A DNA stretch of 63,844 nucleotides, the filler included, from Reclinomonas americana ATCC 50394 (taxonomy: Eukaryota): the NCBI GenBank assembly GCA_048213135.1. It is 7 parts of 3 records of this genome, joined end to end, with 100 filler letters (N's around TTAATTAATTAA, not from the genome) between each part and the next. Parts side by side here need not be neighbours in the genome. Positions count along the whole stretch, not along the records: positions 1 to 4,331 come from PS015157.1; positions 4,432 to 9,600 come from PS015157.1; positions 9,701 to 24,375 come from PS015157.1; 4 more parts are not named here. One strand, 5' to 3'. The notes beneath the pieces are model-generated. The model ran no database searches. It was not told where the DNA came from and saw only the letters and a list, made by a program, of their open reading frames with translations. The translations under genes were made by a program, and so were the position numbers. Below, piece by piece: positions 1-12,800 of the stretch; position 1 is the first letter of the stretch; each line of letters begins with the position of its first letter.

Positions 1-76
1 GCCGCGCTCGCGCCGACTGCCGCACCTGCTTCTTCTAGTGTGAATCTCATCTGTGTGTGTGCTCTCCTCCCTCCAG

Positions 77-3000
77 AGTATCACATACGGCGAGCTGTAC
101 GGTGCCTACAATCTGCTGACACAAGAGTGGTTCGACGGCATTGTGCCGAAGATTGCGCGTACGTGCGTCAAGGACATCACCAACGACATCAAGTGGATTG
201 TGTTTGACGGCCCCGTCGACACGTTGTGGATCGAGAGTATGAACAGCGTGCTGGATGACTCCAAGCTGCTGTGCCTCGACAATGCCGAGCGCATCAAACT
301 CAACAACACCATTCGTCTGCTGTTCGAGGTGCAAGACTTGGCCGTCGCCTCGCCGGCCACCGTCAGTCGATGCGGTATGGTGTACATTGACCCCAACGAC
401 CTCGGCTGGCGACCAGTGGTGCAGACGTGGCTGGCCACGGCCGCGCGCCAGCATATTGCGGCGGAGCACATTCAGCATCTGAATCAGCTGTTTGAGGATC
501 ACGTCGAGGCGGGCATTCGCTTTGTGGAGAAGGAAGTTGCGGTGTTTCCCATTCACCGCCAGCTTTCCAGCCCCGTAACTCACATTCTCTTCGCTCTCTC
601 CGTGCAGTGCAAGCAAGACGTGGTGATGCCGTACCAGAACCTGGTGCAGAGCCTGTGCGACCTGATGGTTGCGCTCTTCCTCAGCGACTCTAAGCTGCGC
701 ATCGAATACTCGGCCGAGAACACCGAAGTCAATCGCCAGGCGGTCAAGATGATCAACATGATGTTCGTCTTCTGCTACGTGTGGTCTCTCGGCGGCAACG
801 TCAACACCAACTCGCAAGAGCTTTTCGACGGATTCGCGCAAAAGCAGTTCGAGTCGATTGGCCTGCCGGTTGGCGGCACCGTGTACGACTTTACGATTGA
901 CTTTGCCGAGCGCACATTCGTCAAGTGGGAGAAGCTGGTGCCGGCATTCACCTTCCGACCGGAGCAGTCGTTCTTCCAGATTCTGGTGCCCACGGTCGAC
1001 ACGGTCCGCACCACATTTATTGTCGAGTCGCTGCTGCGCCTCAACAAGCCAGTGCTGGTCAACGGCAACACCGGCGTCGGCAAGTCGGTGATGATTGTCG
1101 ACATGTTCCAGCGCCGCGCCGAGGATCTCGGCATTGTGTACACCACGGTGCAGTTCTCGGCGCAGACCAGCTCCGGTCGCACGCAGGAAATGATCGAGTC
1201 CAAGCTCGACAAGAGACCAAAGGTGAGAAAGAGTCTAGTGTGTGCCTTTTTTTTACCTTGCACACTCTGCTCTCTTTACTGACCCTTCATTCGCCTCCAC
1301 AGGGCATGATTGGTCCGCCGCCTGGTAAGCGCATGGTGGTCTTTATCGACGATCTGAACATGCCGCAAAAGGAGACATTCGGTGCGCAGCCGCCGGTGGA
1401 ACTCGTTCGCCAGCTGCTTGGCATGGGCGGCTTCTACGATCGCACCGATCTGTCGTGGAAGGGTGTGGAGGACGTGACGGTGACGGCGGCCTGCGGTCCG
1501 CCGGGTGGTGGCCGCAATGAGACCACTCCTCGCCTGCTGCGCTTCTTCCATGCGCTGTGCGTGCCGGAGCTGTCGGCCGAGTCGATGCAGCGCATCTTCA
1601 CCTCGATCCTCGCCGGTTTCCTCAAGCCGTTCGTCATTGACATTCGCGAGAAGGCGAGCAACGTGGTGCGTGCCAGTGTGGAACTCTTCCTCACCATCCG
1701 CCGCGAGTTGCTGCCGACGCCGAGCAAGAGCCACTACACCTTCAACCTGCGTGATCTGGCCAAGATCTTCCAGGGCATGATGCAAGTCAACCCGCGTTTC
1801 GTCAGCAACCTCGAAACATTCGGCCGGCTGTGGGTGCACGAGAGCATGCGCAGCTTCTACGACCGCCTCATCTCCGACAGCGACCGACGCACCTTCTGCG
1901 ACATGGTGTTGGAGTTGGCTCGTCGCCAACTCAACCTGAACTGGCAAGAGGAGGACATTTTCGGCGACCGTCCGGTGCTGTTTGTCGACTTTTTGCACCC
2001 AGAGGCCGACATTGCCGATCGCTACTACGAGGAGGTGACGGATCCGGCGGTGTTGCCGCGTCTGCTGGACGACTACCTCGAGGACTTTTGCATTGCCAAG
2101 AACCAGAAGATGAAGCTGGTCTTCTTCTCACAAGGTGCGTGCTCATCATGTACAGGTGTCTGGCGCGGACCGCACATTGTGTTTTTGACACCATGTATAT
2201 TGTTGTGTGTTGCAGCCGTACAGCACGTGTGTCGCATTGCGCGTATCGTGCGCCAGCCGCGTGGCAATGCCCTGCTGGTCGGCGTCGGTGGTAGTGGCAA
2301 GCGCAGTCTGACCAAGCTGGCCGCTTTCATGTGCGGCTACAACACGTACCAGATCAGCATGAAGCGCGATTACCAGCTGAAGGACTTCCGCGAAGACCTC
2401 AAGCAGATGTACATCAAGGTCGGCGTCGAGGGCAACCCGCTGGTCTTCATCTTTAGCGACTCGCAGATCACCAACGAGGCGTTTGTCGAGGATCTCAACA
2501 ACATTCTCAACTCGGTGCGTTTTTTTGTCTCATGGCGGCCCGTGACCTTATCGTGGTACTCATTGTTTGTGCGTGCTCAGGGTGAGGTGCCGAATCTGTT
2601 CGACCCCGACGAGAAGGAAAAGTGCATTGCGGACACTCGTGAGGCGTGCCGCAAGGCTGGACTGCCGGAGACACGTGACGCTGTGTACTCGTTCTTCATT
2701 CACCGTGTGCGTGAGAACTTGCACATGGTGCTCTGCATGAGTCCTGTCGGCGACTCGTTCCGCACACGGTTCGTCCCCATTGTGTGTGTGCGCCTTGCTG
2801 CTTTTTTTGCGATCTTCTCATCCTCTTTTCGTCTCAGTGTGCGCATGTTCCCGTCGTTGGTCAACTGCTGCACCATTGATTGGTTCGACGAGTGGCCGGC
2901 CGATGCGCTGCTGGCCGTGGCGCAACAGCATCTCACCACCAAGGAGGTGGTGGATGTTGAGCTGGTGCCCAAGTACTCGGCGCTGTGCGTGGTGGTGCAC

Positions 3001-4331
3001 GAGTCGGTGGCACGCATGGCCGATCGTTTCTATGCCGAGTTGCGCCGCCACTTTTACGTGACGCCGACGAGCTACCTGGAGTTCATCAACACCTACGGCA
3101 AGCTGTTGAAGGCCAAGACGGGCGAGCTGCGCAAAGCGCGCGACCGCCTGCGCAAGGGTCTCGACATTTTGGCCGACGCCGAGTCCAAGATCACGGTCAT
3201 GGAGGAGAACCTGAAGAAGCTGCAGCCAGTGCTGAAGGTCAAGTCGGTGGAAACCAAGGAGCTGCTGGCGCGCGTCGATGTGGAACGTGCCGACGCTGCC
3301 AAGACGCAGCAGGCCGTCGCCGCCGATGAGGCCGTGGTCAATGAGAAGACGCGTGAGGCCGAAGCCATCAAGACGTCCGCCGAGGCCGATTTGGCCGAGG
3401 CGCTGCCGGCTCTGGAGGCCGCCAACAAGGCGCTGAACGCGCTCAACAAGGGCGCCGTGGCCGAGGTGAAGGGCTACGCCTCACCACCGCCGCTCGTGAA
3501 GCTGGTCATGGATGCTGTGCTGATTCTCTTTGGCGAGAACAAGCCCGACTGGGAAATGGCGTGCAAGAAGTACCTGACGAACGCGCAGTTCCTCACCAAC
3601 TGCAAGAACTTCCCGAAGGACGACATCACCGACAGCACGCTGCGCCGCCTCCAGGTCTACATCAACGACGAGAACTTCAAGCCGGAGATTGTCGGCGGCG
3701 TGTCGGAGGCCGCCAAGACGCTGTGCATCTGGGTGCGCGCGCTCAACACGTATGCGCACGTCAGCAAGGAGGTGGAGCCGAAGCGTCAACGCCTGATGGC
3801 CGCCCAGCAGCAGGTGTCGGAGATGCAAGCGGTGCTGGCCGTGAAGCAGTCCGAGCTGCGCGAGATTCAGAACAAGCTGAATGCGCTGGAGTCGCTGCTG
3901 GAGCGCACCACCAAGGAGCAGCAGGATCTGGAGGCGCAAATCATCCTCAGCGAGGCGCGCTTGGAGCGTGCCGGCAAGCTGACGAACTCGCTGGCCGGCG
4001 CCAAGGTGCGCTGGCAGGAGACGGTGGTCGAGTACGAGAACCAGATCAAGGATCTGCCGGGCGATATCTTTGTGGCCGCCGCCTGTGTGGCCTACTACGG
4101 TGCCTTTACTGGCTCCTACCGACAGGAGCTGGCGGAGATGTGGCGCAACAAGTGCCGCGAGCAGGGCATCACTGTGTCGCCCAAGTTTGATCTGGCCAAG
4201 GTTCTCTCGGATCAGGTCGAAGTACGCGACTGGCAGATCTGGGGTCTCCCGAACGACCCGCTGTCCATCAACAACGCCGTGCTCACCACTCGCTCGCGTC
4301 GCTGGCCGCTCATGATTGACCCGCAAGGCCA
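77..4331 (+). CDS. Axonemal inner-arm dynein heavy chain, DNAH6-like (internal fragment, AAA2 to start of AAA5; partial at both ends)
   Basis: Motifs SITYGELYG, FDGPVDTLWIESMNSVLDD, FEVQDLAVASPATVSRCGMVY, P-loops GNTGVGKS and GVGGSGKRS, FSAQTSSGRTQEMIESKL, stalk coiled coil, RWPLMIDPQG. GT-AG introns at 536-607, 1223-1302, 2135-2215, 2515-2580, 2769-2837. Ends at a gap. DNAH6 subclass is from recalled motif similarity. Confidence 0.95.
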
Positions 4332-4375
4332 NNNNNNNNNNNNNNNNNNNNNNNNNNNNNNNNNNNNNNNNNNNN

Positions 4376-4387
4376 TTAATTAATTAA
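4376..4387. other. Artificial six-frame-stop scaffold linker TTAATTAATTAA in N padding (also 9645-9656, 24420-24431, 28938-28949, 50101-50112, 61897-61908)
   Basis: Identical 12-mer centred in a 100-nt N block six times. Confidence 0.97.
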
Positions 4388-4431
4388 NNNNNNNNNNNNN
4401 NNNNNNNNNNNNNNNNNNNNNNNNNNNNNNN

Positions 4432-4772
4432 ACTCCTCAAGCACATTGATCTGTCACACAATCGCATCACACGAAGTGGCGCCGAGGTGAGTTGTCCTCG
4501 CGATCGTGGGTGCATTGTCGTCGTGGAGCTCTGCTCACCATCCCCCCTCACAGGCGCTGGCAGTGGGCATTGCGGACTCGTCGTGCGATCGCGTGGTGCT
4601 GGCACACAACCCACTTGGTCTCGCCGGTCTCCTGGAGATTATCGACGCGGCCGCACGGGCCACTGGTGTGGCGGAAATCGACTTGCGTTCGTGCCACCCG
4701 TCATGTGAAGAGATCCAGCGCGCCATTCAGACCACCAGAGCCGACAATGAGAAGATCAATATCATGTTCTAG
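4432..4772 (+). CDS. 3' end of a leucine-rich-repeat (RI-like) protein
   Basis: LLKHIDLSHNRITRSGAE, intron 4487-4553 (GTGAGT..CAG), then ALAVGIADSSCDRVVLAHNPLG...INIMF-TAG. The 5' part lies in the gap. Confidence 0.7.
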
Positions 4773-5030
4773 TGCTTTAGAAGGCTCCGGCTTGAGAATT
4801 GAAAAAAAAAACCCATGTACACCGTTGTGATAACTTGAATATCCACCACCGCAATACAATACTCGTTTCGACATTCACACCCACACACAGACACATGACG
4901 ACCAAAAAAAAAAAGCACCCAACACATACACACACACACAACACAGACCATCAAAATAAACGCGACCGAGAAACAAACACAGATCCATCATCATCATCAC
5001 CACCACACCAGCATAACCATAACACGCAGT

Positions 5031-8000
5031 TTACGGGAAGATGCCGAGGCTCTTGTAGGCACCGGCAATGCGCGTAATGGCAATCTTCAGCGCAGCAGTG
5101 CGGTAGTTGAGGCTCTCGGCGCGGGCAGCGGCCGACACCTGGCGGGCAATGTCCTGAATGCCCTCCATCACCGTCGAGGTGACCAGAGTGACCTCGTTGG
5201 GACCCTCGGCGGCGGCGCGGCGCAGTGACTTCTCAATCGGAGACGAGATGCTCTCCACGTACGACAGGAAACGCTCATTAAAATTCTCCTCGTAGCGCTT
5301 CTCCTGCAAGGATGGGAGAGCGCACAGAGGTGAGATGAGGAGGACAGGGACAGAAGGGATGCGATGGGATGCGAACCATGCGGCCGTAGCGAATGTGAGT
5401 GAGGCCCTTCAGCCACTCGACGTAGTGAATGAAATCGGCCGACGGCACGACGCACAGGTCGGGAACAACAAACTGCACGCGTGCATGAGAATATAGAAGG
5501 GGAGGAAACAGAGAGAAAAGAGAGAGGAGTTACGTACCACGTTGTGATCCTCCAGGTACTTTTCGGCGGCAGGGGTGGTCGGGTTGACGGCAGCCTCTGC
5601 GTAGATCTTGAAGACAAGACGATGCGAAGTGAGACACACACAATGGAGATGCGAGGGAGCATCCATGAAAACATGCAAACCTTGCAGGAAATGAGGTGCA
5701 CATTGTCGGCGTTCACGGCGTTCTCCTTGGCTGCCGGGATGAACACGTCGACGGGCTTGCTGAACGCTGTTGCCTCGGAGACGGGGTGGGCGCCCGACAG
5801 ACCCTCGAGAGTGCCGCGCTTGTTGAAGTACTCAATCGCCGCCGGGATGTCGATTCCCGACGGGCTGTGCACGGCCGAATTCTTCTCGATGATCGTCGTC
5901 ACCACACCACCAGTCTCGGCGATTTCGAGCGCCAACTGACGGCCGACAAAGCCGAAGCCTAATGCAGGCGAAGAGGAATGAGCACACCATAGGGGCTGAG
6001 ACACTCTCTCTCATTTCCGTACCTTGCAGAGTCACCGTCAGGCCGTTGAAGCTGAAGCTCTTGCCCCACTGCTTGGCAAAGTTGACGTCGTGAATGGCCT
6101 TGAAGCGGCACGACTCCTCAATGCCCGTGCGGAAACCGCGGCCAAAAATGGTGTCGTGGCCTCGCAGGCCGCCCTGCGCCACCGACTTGCCAGTGACCAC
6201 AGCATGCTTGTTGACGTCGTACGGGCGAGCATTTCGGTAGGCGTACAGCACGGCGCCGAGCTCGGCTATAGGAGGGGAGGGGTGGGGGGAAGGGGAGGGG
6301 AAGGGGAAGGGGGGAAAGAGAACGTGAAGTCAGCGGCAGGCCATGAGGGACATAGAGAGAGAACACAGCAAACACATGGCGAAGAGCCACAAGCATGCAA
6401 AGGAGGAGCCACCCACACACGAGAATCACACACGAGAAAAACACATGTAGGACGACAGACTCACGTTGATCGCAGCCGTAATCAGGGGAAATCTGCACAC
6501 CATCAGTCAGCTCCACACGAACTGCGCAACACTGTTGGCGGCAAACACACACTCACCAAACCAACAGACGGGCCCAGGTATGAGTGATTAATCAAATCTT
6601 GGGCGTACAAGCGGCAAACGCGGTGAATCTGACGGCCTGTGCGCACGCCGGGTGAGTGAGTGACAAGATGGGAAACACAGCTCATGCAGGCACGAAAAGC
6701 AACGCACTCGAAAACTTCGCCTTGTTGATCTTGATGCCGCCCTTGGCACCACCCCACGGGATGTCGGCCAGAGCAAACTGCGCGCGAAGGAAAAGAGTGA
6801 GCAAACAGAGGGGGAAGTAGGGGAAGAGGGGCGACGAGAACAAAAAAGAATGAAAGAAATGAAAGAGAAGCAAGAGAGAGAGGGGGGAAGGAAGAAGGAG
6901 AAGAGGGGTGACTGAGAAATCAAAGAACGAAAGAACTGAAAGAGAAGCGAGAGAGAGAGAGGGAGAGGGAGAGAGGGGGAAGAGGGATCGATGATACAAG
7001 AACGCAGACCCACAGAGATTGGGAAAGACAGAGAGTGCGTGAACGAGAGGACGAGAACGCGGACTCCGAAAGCAAACACACAAACTTGAGAGAGGAAAGA
7101 GATTACGATGCACATTGAAAGGTGGAAGTCTGCGCGCAGCTCACTCAAAACACGATGCGCATCTCTTTGCGTGAACGTGTGTGACGACACGCGAGCTGGA
7201 CAGACTCCTTCGCATGTGCATCTCTGCGGGACCTTGCACCAGCCTTGCTGACTTTCTCGTTTTCTTAGTGCGTGTGTCTGACACGCCACAAGAACTGGAC
7301 AGACTCCTTCGCATTATGTACATCTTCGCGTGTGACTTCGCATCTGCTTGCTGAACTCTTGCTGACTCTCTCGTTCTCTTAGTGCGTGTGTGTGACACGC
7401 CACAAGAGATGAATCAACTCGCTCTGCACGTGCATCTCTGCTGGCGGCCTTGCGCCTGCCTTGCTGAACTCTCGTCTCCATTTCCGACTGACTCACTATT
7501 TCTCTCTCTCTATCTGCACGTGACTCTATTTTCTCTGTACGTGCAAACGAGAGAGATCCACACAAACGAGATGCGTGATACCTCCCACGCACGACAGCGC
7601 AAGGATCTAAGGCAGCAAGAGAGTGAAACACGAATGCATACACACACACGCACACAAACACATCTCTCCCTCCCCCTCTCTCCCTTCCCCTTCCCCTCCC
7701 TTCCCCCCTCCGACACTCAACTCGGAAGCTATTGACGGCGGCCAGAGTCTCCATCTCATCCTGCGTCACCGACTCGTCAATCACGAGTCCGCCCTTGGTC
7801 GGTCGCGAAATGTCCGAGTGGATGACGCGGAACGCCTCAATCACTTCCATGCCGCCGTCGTCCTTGATCAGCGGGAAAGACGTCTTGTAGATCAGCTCCG
7901 GCATGCGAATCACCTTCAGGAAGCCGCCAGTCGCCGGCACGTGACGCGCAGCAAGGTCGTAGAAGTGATCCTGTGGAGAGAGAGAGATGGAAAAGAGAGA

Positions 8001-8859
8001 GGTGAGGGAGAAGGGGAGTGTGAGATAGGGAGGAGAGGGGAGAGAGAGAGAAGATATAGAGAAGAAAGGCGGGTGAGTGTGCAAGAGAGGGAGCGAGCGA
8101 GTGGGTGAGTGACAGATCAGAGACAGGAGAGAGACTGGGAGAGAGACTTGAGTGAGAAAATGCGAGTGAGTGAGGTTGTGAGTGACTGTGTATGATAGAG
8201 AGAGAGAGAGAGCGAGTGAGTAATAGAGAGATCAGAGAAAGATGACAGAGAGAGAGAGAGTGCGAGAGGCAGTGTGTGTGAGAGAGAAGAGAGAGAACAG
8301 TGTGTGTGTGTGTATGCGCGCGCGTGTGTGTGCGAGTGAGAGAGCAGTGACCAGTGAAAAGATACGACTGACACAAAAAGATGCAGTTATTCTGTCATGT
8401 TTTTTCTTGTGTGTGTTGTGTGTGTGTGCGCGCGCGCTGTGTGTGTGAGTAAAGGAGGTTGTTCTATGTCTCTGTCTCTCTCTGTCTGTGTGTCTCTCTT
8501 TCTCTCACTCACCAAGTTCTGCGCCATTGGACGCGGCTCCATGTGCAACTTGTGATACCCCGAACTGCTCATCAGGCGCGCGCCATTGCGCCACGATGTC
8601 TGCGCAACACAAGTTTGCAAAAGTGAGTCAGTGAGTGAGCATATGAGAGAAGAGAGAGTGTGTGGAAGGGAGGAAGAGAGAGGTGAAAAGTTTTGAGAGC
8701 GGTCGTTGGGCATTTTTTCGGCCATGTGCGAAAAAACACAAGCTCCCTTTTTCGTATCGTGTGTGTGTGCGCGTGGAGAGAGAACAGTGCGCAGGAGATA
8801 GAGTGTGAGTGTGTGTGTGTGAGAGAGAGAGAGCAGACCTGCACTGCGCGCTGCAGCAT
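5031..8859 (-). CDS. Glutamate dehydrogenase-like protein (ELFV family), mitochondrial presequence, antenna region, divergent active site
   Basis: 11 exons spliced: MLQRAVQ|TSWRNGARLMSS..., RPTKGG, ADIPWGGAKGG, ISPDYG, AVVTGK, TLQGFGFVG, FIPAAKEN, AEAAVNPTTP, YVEWLKGLTHIRYGRM, YKSLGIFP-TAA. Introns 8600-8838, 7971-8512, 6778-7721, 6637-6707, 6493-6556, 6266-6464, 5959-6022, 5607-5680, 5473-5537, 5304-5376. Confidence 0.9.
7177..7480. repeat. About three degenerate 100-120 bp tandem units inside the 944-nt GDH intron
   Basis: Recurring CTGGACAGACTCCTTCGCAT, CTTGCTGACT(T/C)TCTCGTT(T/C)TCTTAGTGCGTGTGT and GACACGCCACAAGA blocks. Confidence 0.75.
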
Positions 8860-9182
8860 CTTGTTTGGTGTGAATGCGATGAGGGACAATCCGGATCGTC
8901 CTGTGCGCACGCGACGTCTGTGCAACTGATGTGCGCAGGCGCAGCGACGAGGCACACATTGCAACGAGAGAGCGCGCGCTGTTGACCCTGCGCATTCAGC
9001 GGATTTTTTCATCCGAAAACGTCGCAAAAGAAAATCGAATTCACGTACACTGGTCCTCGCTGAGTGCGGCGCAGTGCGTCGTGGAGAGCAAGCGATGCGA
9101 TACAATGCAAGCCGCACAGCGTCGCATACAACCATCAAACCAAGCTGTTTCACTCCACAGGACAAACTGATTGACAATACAA

Positions 9183-9485
9183 ATGACGACGGGCGTGGCA
9201 TGGCGACGCCCCAAGCCCGTTGCGTCACCAACACACACACTCCTACACACTCTCCCTCTCTCACTCCCTCTCTCCATAAAGGTTCGCGTTAAGGGAGCCG
9301 ATGGGCGGCACTTTTTGCGTTTTGAGACCGTCTCTGACGGTGTTCCGTTCTGGGTGTCGGAGGCGCACCGATCGGAGGTGGAACAGCTGCAAAGTGTGAC
9401 GGGAAGGTCGCCGGAGGCATTGCCGCGACCGGTCGCCACTTGGGTCGATCCTGATCGTGTGGTCGTAAAGTGGAAGGTATACACA

Positions 9486-9576
<91 letters not shown>

Positions 9577-9834
9577 CAGACGAGAGAGACGAGACGTAAG
9601 NNNNNNNNNNNNNNNNNNNNNNNNNNNNNNNNNNNNNNNNNNNNTTAATTAATTAANNNNNNNNNNNNNNNNNNNNNNNNNNNNNNNNNNNNNNNNNNNN
9701 GGTGGAACGAAGACTGCAAAGTAGTGACGGGAAGGGTACGGCCGGACGGGCGACTTGTCCGCCGACCGGTCCGGCCGACCTTCGGGTTCGGTAGTCCTCG
9801 TATCGTGTGGTCGTAAGTAGGAAGGTAGTACACA

Positions 9835-9887
<53 letters not shown>

Positions 9888-12800
9888 TCTCACACACACG
9901 CACACACTCACACACATACAGAGAGAGATGATCAGAGAAGTCGATTGTATGGAGCCGCAACGATCACTGAAAAGAGGGCCTCTTTGAGAATGAGAAACGA
10001 GCAGGGTGTGTGAGAGAGAGAGATCATATTGTGATAAGAGAGTGTAAGAGAGCGATCGTTTCATCTATTCTGTTCAATCGTGTCTTGATCGTTTCTTCTT
10101 CGCTTTTCTCACGTGTTGGCGTTGTTGCTGTTGTGTGTATGTCTGCTGCTAGCGTTCATCTTCCAGCGGTGCTCTTGTTCTATGGTCTGTTTTCTTTTCC
10201 TCAAAGAGGACCTCTATTCAGTGATCGTCGCTCTCCACTCTCTCCTCTCGGTCTTCGCGCTCTGTCGTTGCCTTCTTCTCATCTCCCCGCGATCGTCTTC
10301 TCCACTCTTTTTTCTTCTGCCTTGTCTCTCTTTCTCTCCTTCCATCAGTCTTTCCTTTATTTTCTGCCTTCTCTCCACTCATTGCTTCTCAGCCCCCTCA
10401 CCTGCCCGCATTCTCCTCGTCTCCACTCGTCCTCCCTCTCCACTCTCCTCTACTTATTCGTTCTTCCTTCCTTCTCCCTTCCTCGCTTCTCATCCCTCCC
10501 CCCCTCCCCCCCTCCCCCCTCTCGCCAGCGCCCCGCACCCTCCGCCTCCAACCCCATCATCCCACCACACACCGACCTGGGTCAGCTGGCACTGTGGATG
10601 TGCGACAAGACGCAGCTGTTGACGGCCAGGTATCATCAATCCACTGCAGTGATTCCCCCCAACCCTCTACACCTGTACTGACTGTGCGTTTCACTCGCGC
10701 CAGGGAGCGCTGGTTTGCTCACGTCGCTGAGGTGCCGTTTAGCAACGAACTGCACATGTCGCTGCGTGAGTTCTTGCAGTACGAGGATGACGTGGTGGAG
10801 CCCGAGGTCTGCTCGCCTCCTCCCCCTCCACCCCGTCTGCTCCCAACCTAATTGGCTACTACCACATCCAGATTCCCGAGCTCTTCTCGTCAGTGAGCAC
10901 CAAGCGGCTGTCGTTCCGCAACTGGGATCCGGCGGCCATGGTGCAGGCCGTCTCCAAGAACGATTTTATGCTGATTCCTCACGAACCGGTGCATGTGGAC
11001 CCGCATTTCGGTGTCGCCTGTTGCGTGCCTCGCCATTGTCGACACACTGAACGCCACGACCTCATCCATTTTGCACCACCACAGGGCGACTGCGACGAAT
11101 CGGCGACGAGGTGGAGGGCGTGTGTCTACTGGCCTACGGTTGGCGTACACCGTTGCAGCAGTTGGTGGCCACCTTTCGACGCCAGCGGCGGCGACGGCGC
11201 GAGGCTGGCGAGCTGCACTTTATCGACCACCACATCACGTGGTCAAACTTCCCCAAAGAGCTGATGGCGGAGGTGCTGTTTAAGCGGTTGGCCGCCGGCT
11301 GCGAGTCAGTGTGGCCGTCGGCCCTCGAGGTCAATCTGTGCTCGATGAAGGACGACGACGCTGTCCTTCAGGTGCCGCTGCTGCCCAACTATACTGGTGC
11401 GCAGTGTGCAAGTGTTTGCACAATGTCACTCACTTACTCACTCGTGCCGACGACAGGTTCCCGTGCGCTGTCGTTTTTATTCGAGGAGGAAAGTGCCGAA
11501 GAGGCGCTGGTGACTGTCCTCGACGGTGCTGCCGATCTGTTTGACATGCGCGAGTCCAACGATCACTGCAGTATTCGATTTGCCGTCACGCGTTTCGTTG
11601 CGTAGATCAATGCAGATAGCATTCGCTCGGCACGCCTCCTGGCTGACTGCGTGCCTGCGCAGGAACACCTCGGCAAGCCGAGCCAAACCGATCCCGGCCG
11701 ACCAATGCATTGCGTGCGTGTGTGCGCGCAGTGGAAGACACGCAACAAGGATCCGTCGGCCGACGACCCACCGTCCATGTCCCTGAATCTGTCGCCCGAC
11801 GCACGCGTATTCCGCACGGCCGGCTCGTTGCAGAACTCACCCGAGTTATTACGTTCTCCAGCCAGCCGCGTCTGTTTTTTCCCAATCCGAGACTTACTCG
11901 CAGGTTTTTGTTGCACAGGTCGACTGCTCCAGAAGGTAGAATAGCATCGTCGTGCTCATCGCCTCTTTTATGCAAACTGTTGACGTGTTTTCATCCATTG
12001 TTGCGCGCAGCGCAAGCGGCCGACACCATTCCCGGTCTGCGGGCCATGGTTGAGCAGATGAAGAAATTCGAGAAGCGGTTTGCGCAGCTTGCCGCTGTGG
12101 AGCCTTCGCCGCCGCCACCACCACCACCTCCGGCGCTGGCCACATCGACGACCGCAGTCACACACACCGTCCAGTCGACGGCGCCGCCCAGTGGGCAGTC
12201 GGCGACCGTGGCACAAGCGTTGCGCACGCACTCACTCCTTTCTGTGGCGGTGAATACCCGAAGACTAACTGTTTGTTTTCGTGCTTTGTTTCTCGGCAGC
12301 AGCGATACGCATGCGCGGGGAGAGACGCATGGAGAAGGCGCGGTCGATTTGTCCGACGTGGATGAGCCGCGGCACAAGCGTCCTCGTGCAGGTCTCTCAC
12401 CACGCACCCCGTCCTCCTCGACGTGGCGATTCCGTCGCAGCAGTGCCGATGCAGTTGCGTAGCGTGCCACGCACTCTCCCGCCACGCGTGTACACTGCCA
12501 ACACCTGATGCGTCGGTGTGCCCCTGCAGCAAGCGGATGACGGCAACGATTCTACATCTCCGGACCCGGGGGATGGCGAGTTCACACCTCGGCGCACACA
12601 CCGTCTGCCGCCCAGATCCCGCTCACGCGGCTCCAGCGCACCATCGACCCCACGGGAGTCGATCCCAACCGATGCTCCGCCCGTGACATTCGCAGCTGTA
12701 GCCGATTTGGTACGCGTGCCGGAAGACGATGACTTTGATTCGGGCTCGTCGGGTCAGTCAGTCTTGTCAGTGAGTGGCCTTGTTTTTTTTCGCTCATCCT

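Noticed and set aside
536-2837. Four of five dynein introns are 3n and stop-free, so ORFs read through them
   Set aside because: Not general: none of the 10 GDH introns is 3n and only 1 of 13 importin introns is 3n and stop-free. Short GC-rich introns often lack stops by chance.
4332-4431. TTAATTAATTAA palindromic 12-mer recurring six times
   Set aside because: Always centred in a 100-nt N block: an artificial contig linker. Adjacency across it is unsized (the dynein stops mid-gene and an unrelated LRR 3' end follows).
9701-9900. Degenerate second copy of exon 9378-9476 plus microsatellite, resembling a duplicated or alternative exon
   Set aside because: It sits at a contig start and differs by scattered single-base insertions typical of low-quality pyrosequencing read ends: an unmerged contig overlap.
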